DNA from: an uncultured Oscillospiraceae bacterium | GTDB taxonomy: Bacteria > Bacillota > Clostridia > Christensenellales > Aristaeellaceae | Assembly: GCA_964624445.1 (NCBI GenBank) | Contig: CAZUXV010000002.1 | Coordinates: forward strand, 3,111-67,110 | Direction: 5' to 3' | Length of the DNA stretch: 64,000 nt | Shown here: positions 60,301 through 64,000 of the stretch, piece by piece | Position numbering within the stretch: the stretch's first letter is position 1 | How the letters are laid out: each line of letters starts with the position of its first letter | Program-made: the position numbers and the translations under genes | The notes under the pieces: model-generated | Databases searched by the model: none | What the model was told of the DNA's origin: nothing | The model's input: the letters and a program-made list of their open reading frames with translations, nothing else

Positions 60301-63300
60301 AGCTGTATGTTCCGGCTTCCGTGAAGGTGATCTGCTCAAAGGAGGCTTCACCTTCGTCTTCGATATCGATCTTGTTGGTAGCAGGAGCAGGAGCGTTTCC
60401 TGTGGAGTACAGACGGAAGCTGAAGGTTTCCTTTTGATCAGGACGCGCGTTTCCGGTGATAGTCTTCGATACAGGAATCACAACATCTACAGGAACAGGA
60501 ATGTATTCATTGCTGAAGACCAGCGATGTTACAAAGCCGTTTTCAAGATCATACATTTCGTTTTCGTCGCTCAGGATGTAGTGGATTCCGCTGATTGTCA
60601 GCGCGCCGTTATTATCTTCCACATCGACGATAGCGATTGCGTATCTTGTGTCGTAAGTGTAGCTGTTCTCCTGTGTATCTACCTCATGGATCAGGTACAG
60701 ATATCTGCCGGTCTCGGTATAGGTCAGTCCGGTGAAGTTTGCGCTTCCGATGTCGCTGATAGAGATCCGTGTTTCCGCGGGCATCGGTACGTTGCTCTTC
60801 GCGCCGTTTGTCAGATCCGCAGCGGTACCTGCGCTCACATGGTTGCGGAGGTGGTAAATTACCGCGATCTCATCCTCAATTTCGAAGACGAACTCTTTCT
60901 CCTCCGGTCTGTCATTGCCCGTTACAACCTTGCTGACGGGGATCTGTGTTTCAACGGACTCGGGCACGTAAGTGTTCAGGAACGGCACACTGTCGGCGCT
61001 TTCGCCGTTCAGTTTCCATTCGGCCTGCAGTTCTCCGTCAACGTCTGTAACGGCAACCTGAATGTTCTGGACTGTATCATCGTAAGTGTAGCCTCTGTCT
61101 ACGCCGGTTTCTTCGGTGATGACGTAATTGTACTCACCGGCTTCGGTGTAGACGAACTTGCCAAACTCTGCTTCGCCATTATCCGTAATGGATACGCGGG
61201 TTACGGCAGGCAGCGTATCTTCATCGCCTGTCACATTGAACCAGAATGTCTTCTGGAGATAACCTTCGCGGTCATTGCCTTCGACGGTCTTTGTGACCGG
61301 GATCTTGATGGATACAGGAGCCGGGATATAAGTGTTGGTGAACTCTACGGCGTCCACATCGAGGCCGTCAGCCTTCCATGTGACCTCCAGAACACCGTCA
61401 TTGTCCGTGACGCGAATCACAACAACATGCTGGGCGTTATCGTAGGTATAGCCGTTATCCGTTCCGGCATTTTCACTAATAGTGTAGACGTAGATGCCGC
61501 TTTCAGTGAATGTGATCGGTGCGAAAGCTCCGGTATCACTGCCTGTGGTGGTCGTTGTTGTTGAGTTCGGGACAGGAGCGCCGTCCTGCGGCGTCAGTGT
61601 GAAGGTAAAGGTCTTGTCGGTAGGAGTCGTCTGTCCCTCAAGGATCTTACGGATCGGGATAGAGAACTCTACGTCATCCGGTTTGTAGTTGTTCTCAAAC
61701 GGAACCGCTTCAACAACCTGTCCATTATCTGTCCAGTCTGCTTCGAGGATGCCGTTATTGTCCGTGACAACCACCTTGATCAGATGCTCGGTGTCGTCAT
61801 AGGTATATCCATGGCTGTCGCCCATTGTTTCTGTGACTTTATACTTGTAAGTACCGGCTTCTGTATAAGTCATAGCAGGGAAGGGGACAAAGCCTGTGTC
61901 GGTGATCCTGACTTCGGTGGTTTCAGGCATGGGCTGGTCAATACCGGGCGTTACGCCTTCCATTCCGTTGGCAGAGATCACGAACTTAAAGGTTTCTTTT
62001 TCATCCGGGCGATCATTGCCGGTGATGTCCTTGCTGACAGGGATGATCACATCCACAGGAGCAGGAGTGTACTTATTGGTAAATGTGACAGCGTCAACAG
62101 TCAGCCTGTTATCCGTCCATTCGGCGTTCAGTACGCCGTCTGTATCTGTTACTTTTACCGTGATGCTGTGTTCTGCCCTGTCGTAGGTGTATCCGGAAGC
62201 GGATCCTGCGTCTTCTGTCAGGACGTAGTTGTAAGTTCCTGCAGCCGTGAAGGTGATTGTATCGAACGCCGCTGTGTTTTCATCTTTGATCTCAATCACG
62301 CTTGTCGCAGGCATCGGGGCGTTATCCGTTCCGCTCAGGCGGAACTTGAAGGTCTCCTTCTGATCCGGGCGGTTATTGCCTTCAATGACTTTCTGAACCG
62401 GGATGGTCAACTCCGCAGGAGTCGGATGATATTCGTTTACGAATTCTACATCGAGGACCCGTCGGCTGTTGTCAGTCCACTCAACAACCAGGCGTCCGTT
62501 AAGATCCGTTACGACAACGTCTATGGTATGCACCGGCGTATCGTAAGTGTATCCGGGCGTGTAGTGGTTGGTTTCGGACAGTGTGTACACATAACGGCCA
62601 GCGTGTTCGTAAACAATGGGCTCAAACACCGCGCGTCCTTCGTCCGTTATAGTAACCTTATCCTGTACAGACACTCCGCTTGTAGCGGGCATCGGAGCTT
62701 CTCCAACGGGCCGCAGCGTGAACTCAAATGTTTCCTTGGTTGCCGGGCGCTCATTCCCTGTTATGGTCTTAACAACAGGGATCTCAAGCCTTGTGGGGAT
62801 CGGATGGTACTCATTGGTGAACAGCACTTCGTTTACGATGTTGCCGTCACAGTACCAGTCAGCCCGCAGGGTTCCGTTGTTGTCCTTCACCACTACGCGG
62901 ATTGCACGGCTTGCATAATCGTAGGTGTAGCCGTCGGCGCTTCCCGCTGTTTCGGTGACGGTGTAGTTGTAAGTACCCTCTTCTGTGAACGTCATGTCTC
63001 CGAAGCTGGTGAAGCCTTCATCCTTAATGGTGACCGTATCACGTCCGGGCATGGGCTCGTTGCCTGTCTGTCCGGCAAGGGTGAAGATAAAGGTTTCTTT
63101 CTGCGCGGGACGCTCATCGCCTGTGATTTCTTTTGCTACGGGGATATTAACTGATACAGGCGTCGGATGGTATTCATTTGTGAACGCAACATCCTCGACG
63201 AGTTTGCCGTCGCACATCCATGTAGCGGACAGTCTGCCGTTCGCGTCTGTTACAGTAACGACGACCGTATGCTCTGTGAAGTCATATGTATAACCCACAG

Positions 63301-64000
63301 CACTGGAGGTCAGTTCCATAACAGTGTAGGTGTAAGTTCCCGCGACTTCGTATGTGATTGCATCGAAGCTCGCCGTGCCAATATCAGTAATGCTGATCGT
63401 GGAGGACGCAGGCATCGGTGCGCCTTCATGTCCCGTAATCCTGAACCGGAAAATTTCTTTCAGATCCGGGCGCGTGTTGCCTTCGATGATCTTGCTGACA
63501 GGCAGTTCAAGCGTGATCGGAGCAGGCGTGTAATTATTGGTGAATGTAACGGTATTCCCGGAGGATCCGTTATCCGTCCATGCAAGTTCCAGAACGCCGT
63601 TGTTGTCTGTCACAGTCGCTACGAGCGAATGAGAAGTGGAGTCGTATGTATATCCGGGCTCAGTACCAGGCGTTTCAGTAACGGTGTACTGGTATGTTCC
63701 GGCCTTGTTGAATACGATCTTTCCGAAGCTGGTTTCACCTTCGTCCAGTATGGTGACAGAACTTCTCTCGGACGTCGGAGCAGTTCCAACAGGAACCATT
63801 GTGAAGGTAAACGGTTTCTTTAATGTCGCAGGACGATCAGATCCCGTAATGACCTTCTTGACCGGGACGATCCACTCAACAGGAACAGGCTGATACTGGT
63901 TATTGAACTCAATCGCGGTAACAGTAACGCCATCACAGGTCCAGTTCGCTTCCAGAGAACCGTTCACGTCGCGGACAGTAACTACAACCGCCTTAACAGA
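51338..64000 (-). CDS. Giant cell-wall-anchored repeat adhesin (Spy0128/FctA-like isopeptide-type repeats plus CnaB domains); 5' end outside the window
   Basis: Roughly 30 ~120-aa repeats IPV.K.ITG...F.F...G.Y.Y...E...GYTYD...F.N.Y.P, then CnaB-type domains, VIKTG, TM and KKRKKTA; frame open to 64000. Confidence 0.9.
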   Translation of the reverse strand, partial: SVKAVVVTVRDVNGSLEANWTCDGVTVTAIEFNNQYQPVPVEWIVPVKKVITGSDRPATLKKPFTFTMVPVGTAPTSERSSVTILDEGETSFGKIVFNKAGTYQYTVTETPGTEPGYTYDSTSHSLVATVTDNNGVLELAWTDNGSSGNTVTFTNNYTPAPITLELPVSKIIEGNTRPDLKEIFRFRITGHEGAPMPASSTISITDIGTASFDAITYEVAGTYTYTVMELTSSAVGYTYDFTEHTVVVTVTDANGRLSATWMCDGKLVEDVAFTNEYHPTPVSVNIPVAKEITGDERPAQKETFIFTLAGQTGNEPMPGRDTVTIKDEGFTSFGDMTFTEEGTYNYTVTETAGSADGYTYDYASRAIRVVVKDNNGTLRADWYCDGNIVNEVLFTNEYHPIPTRLEIPVVKTITGNERPATKETFEFTLRPVGEAPMPATSGVSVQDKVTITDEGRAVFEPIVYEHAGRYVYTLSETNHYTPGYTYDTPVHTIDVVVTDLNGRLVVEWTDNSRRVLDVEFVNEYHPTPAELTIPVQKVIEGNNRPDQKETFKFRLSGTDNAPMPATSVIEIKDENTAAFDTITFTAAGTYNYVLTEDAGSASGYTYDRAEHSITVKVTDTDGVLNAEWTDNRLTVDAVTFTNKYTPAPVDVIIPVSKDITGNDRPDEKETFKFVISANGMEGVTPGIDQPMPETTEVRITDTGFVPFPAMTYTEAGTYKYKVTETMGDSHGYTYDDTEHLIKVVVTDNNGILEADWTDNGQVVEAVPFENNYKPDDVEFSIPIRKILEGQTTPTDKTFTFTLTPQDGAPVPNSTTTTTTGSDTGAFAPITFTESGIYVYTISENAGTDNGYTYDNAQHVVVIRVTDNDGVLEVTWKADGLDVDAVEFTNTYIPAPVSIKIPVTKTVEGNDREGYLQKTFWFNVTGDEDTLPAVTRVSITDNGEAEFGKFVYTEAGEYNYVITEETGVDRGYTYDDTVQNIQVAVTDVDGELQAEWKLNGESADSVPFLNTYVPESVETQIPVSKVVTGNDRPEEKEFVFEIEDEIAVIYHLRNHVSAGTAADLTNGAKSNVPMPAETRISISDIGSANFTGLTYTETGRYLYLIHEVDTQENSYTYDTRYAIAIVDVEDNNGALTISGIHYILSDENEMYDLENGFVTSLVFSNEYIPVPVDVVIPVSKTITGNARPDQKETFSFRLYSTGNAPAPATNKIDIEDEGEASFEQITFTEAGTYSYIFREETGTAKGYTYDRSEHAIEVVVTDTDGVLSAEWTDDGETVESVSFTNDYTPAPVDVVIPVSKDITGNDRPDEKETFLFDIAAAGMENVTDGLEQPMPEETQIQITDVGFESFPAMTYTETGTYNYTVTEKMADSLGYTYDDTEHAIQVVVTDNNGALEAVWTDNGDIVENVPFVNDYNPVDAVLVIPVEKTITGDDRPDQKETFIFTLETPNDSPMPENNVVEITDEGTASFPEITYNTAGTYQYTLVETEGSAEGYTYDRSSHVLIVTVTDEGGELVAKWTDNGHAINDGNNVAFTNRYVPTPTTVVIPVEKKITGNARPNAYKNTFRFTIEGEDEAPMPIIRTASIKDEGTAEFGEITLEHAGEYKYIVAETQEDTDGYTYDTTEHVIVITVEDENGHLTAVWTDNDETVENVLFTNDYTPAPVDVVIPISKDITGDERPDEKETFLFTIEASGMENVTDGLVQPMPEETEIRITDVGQESFPAMTFTETGTYNYTVSETQGDATGYTYDTTSRVVSIVVTDNAGILEASWTCDEGLVAAVPFTNDYTPVPVTLEIPVTKSITGNERPEDKETFTFELAAESANSPIPADRFVTIEDEGEAKFAPITYEHAGTYNYSVRETRADSTGYTYDVSVKTVVVTVTDNAGNLEVTWTMDNEEEAEAGFVNDYTPIPVQVIIPVSKDITGNDRPLDKETFLFTIEAAGMENVTDGLEQPMPALTEVQITDIGKVSFPAITYTEVGTYNYIIKETQGDMHGYTYDDTEHAIRVVVTDNHGVLEAVWTDNEETVSDVAFTNDYNPDDATLEIPVSKAITGDERPEQKETFVFSLNTPSDSNAPLPDETEITIEDEGTAKFPAITYDTAGVYVYTVSENAGTAVGYTYDGTVHTIIVTVRDINGVLVATYTIDSQDKEFAEFTNNYLPVETSLRIPVEKVITGNARNENYRVNFTFELEALDGAPGTEGDTVTIRDEGNDLFGTIVFRHAGEYEYVVRELDEGDRGYTYDDTEHTVKVTVVDNNGNLEATWTDNGETVETITFTNDYTPEPAVLKIPVAKAVDGHERPDEKETFLFNIEAVGMENVTDGLEQPMPENAEIRITDAGFTYFPDITFTETGIYDYKITETAGDSTGYTYDTTEHAIRATVVDVGGKLIVTWTDNELTVTQVSFTNEYHPVPTTFEIPVVKHLTGHPTPNNKAFLFEISTTDNSPLPAVSRISATGAEKVKFGEIRFTEAGEYHYQITEARGFDTGYTYDNELHQVTITVTDNHGTLETAWTDTGAVVEAVSFTNEYFPTHVKVEIPVAKDITGNERPDEKETFLFTIEASGMENTPDYIIEQPVPSGTEVSIEDEGFTYFPEIEFAAVGTYTYTVKETQGDSTGYTYDTTEHEVKIVVTDDDGTLKAVWTDGDEIVDAVLFENDYTPVAAVLELPIRKDLTGQETPSDKEFVFELNYIDEAPMPEDNKATVTGASSGKFKPITYTEAGMYAYVVTEVEGSDTGYTYDNAQHIILVRVTDDHGVLVPTWTVDSLYADEILFTNEYVPIPTHLNIPVQKAITGNDRQSELQKTFTFTLAPVEAESASGEVPMPVISEARIKDEGTALFGDIWFTEKGVYTYQLTETKDTEIGYTYDETVHTIIVTVTDNDGNLELTWTDNDETVEYVSFTNDYTPVPVTIELPVVKSIEGQPRPDGEEKDFIFTLKAVTEDAPEAENNEISITDEGSNTFNGITYTKVGEYEYEIEETATGEAGYTYDESKHTVKVTITDHNGRLEAFWKVDDKTAYGNAVFVNNYTPAPTTAVIPVRKVLTGHATPSDAQFNFRILTTSDAPMPAADEVSVSGANDGEFLPITYVKAGTYKYIVREIAGTSKGYTYDTNLINVRVEVRDENAQLIAEVFIEDALVTEDSDVKAAFTNNYMPSPVEVRIPVKKAMTGTRVTEPRDFVFTITPADEASPVPFDNELVINGSGTAYFPAIKFVATGVYEYTVKEEAPENEADYIGYTFDETEHKIVVTVTDNEGTLEAVWTDNGEAVNKVVFTNDYTPIPVTVRLPIIKQIFNQQPWTPSEFRFAVEKDNPAYPDPAEAIVSFVGKQTHADAFDVTFTKKGKYVYHVYELDDELVGYTYDTIVYDVTITVVDDEGTLTADYVITYPDGNSIHMARNLLFENEYVPIPTDLQLPISKVITGGHERPVKKTFTFEIQNDSWIDQSGSLEEAEQATAETDHAYITDEGSTEFGNIHFTRAGVYKYTVTEKTEDWTGYTFDGTVYTAVVSVADNNGKLEATWLAVDEEENEYEQIVFMNDYTPIPVEQNMPVVKKITGDPTPTGFDKTFTFTLHAEEGTIAGNTVTSPMPEDSENDEKTVSVIGAAAGEFGKIVYTHAGEYNYTLTETEGHETGYTYDSNVYQVLVSVFDNDGRLEQTLSVDETPVETLTITNNYKPVPVADHLYVSKFMEGEARRESEQLDFRFVLTAVGNAPMPEGTEQGTKTVTIHDHGSVSFGNITYEHAGVYQYTIHEIDAKDRDYTCDSAVYAVTVTVTDNNGVLELKKAYAVNETAMDEVAINNVYRPYRGRIIIEKLGDYIDNGENKQQFLEGAVFEVHALKDVLGKDGSVWFKADELVETITTTVNGNAATSPLPFGEYYVVETSAPEGYIYTANRQNVTLHYKDACTYVVDAVVKAKNDMVEIKVLKTDNWENPLAGAKFGIFNADGVQIATATSTSNGIATFYKIPYGKYTIKEIEPPNGFLLGTAVFEISIDKNYVNSGAPVTTFTNQPRSIKFIKVDTSGKPIAGAEFSMINAKTGEVIETVRSAENGEFEMTRFGYGDWVVRETKVPDGFNQMPDITIHVDENWTAPDMYTCVDIPNHYEFVKTNHKGEPLAGVEFSLEDANGSVIDYYESDKDGIVRITDLENGRYVIRETKPLDGYAVSDEVIVIEINENYIIPDEMFRFVNYPVIKTGVRLDSPYLWFGIGDLILLLAAAVVIIIKKRKKTA

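Noticed and set aside
51170..63893. Long plus-strand ORFs (837, 419, 1611 and 456 aa)
   Set aside because: Antisense shadows of the repetitive adhesin; no recognisable motifs
1..64000. Prophage
   Set aside because: No capsid, portal, terminase, tail or lysis genes recognised in this window

Overview
The window looks like part of a large extrachromosomal element (megaplasmid-like) from a monoderm, probably Clostridia-type, host. Nearly all genes lie on the minus strand, and I saw no capsid, terminase, integrase, rRNA or core metabolic genes. In order along the window: (1) a replication/recombination module (RecD2 helicase, stand-alone CHC2 zinc finger, tandem OB-fold protein, Rad50/SbcC-like ATPase, DEDDh exonuclease, Rad52-like and DUF932-like proteins); (2) a secretin-less Tad/Flp pilus locus whose last pilin-like gene carries an NlpC/P60-like domain; (3) a co-oriented block with a 1640-aa HerA/VirB4-type ATPase, membrane proteins, a replication-relaxation-like nuclease with a duplicated C-terminus and a zinc-ribbon SSB-like protein; (4) an RNA island with a tmRNA, 10 tRNA genes (several atypical, including Ile-UAU) and three ORF-free structured segments of about 200-440 nt; (5) ssb, topB and surface proteins; (6) a ParA + ribbon-helix-helix partition cassette flanked by GTATTAC repeats; (7) a >4200-aa repeat adhesin truncated by the window end. 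The most striking signal is a ~730-residue Ser/Gly/Gln insertion in the ATPase that is symmetric around a central hydrophobic turn. This suggests a giant beta-hairpin that could form a long tube, possibly the channel of a Tad-associated DNA transfer system. All family assignments are from motif recognition by eye; no database searches were run.
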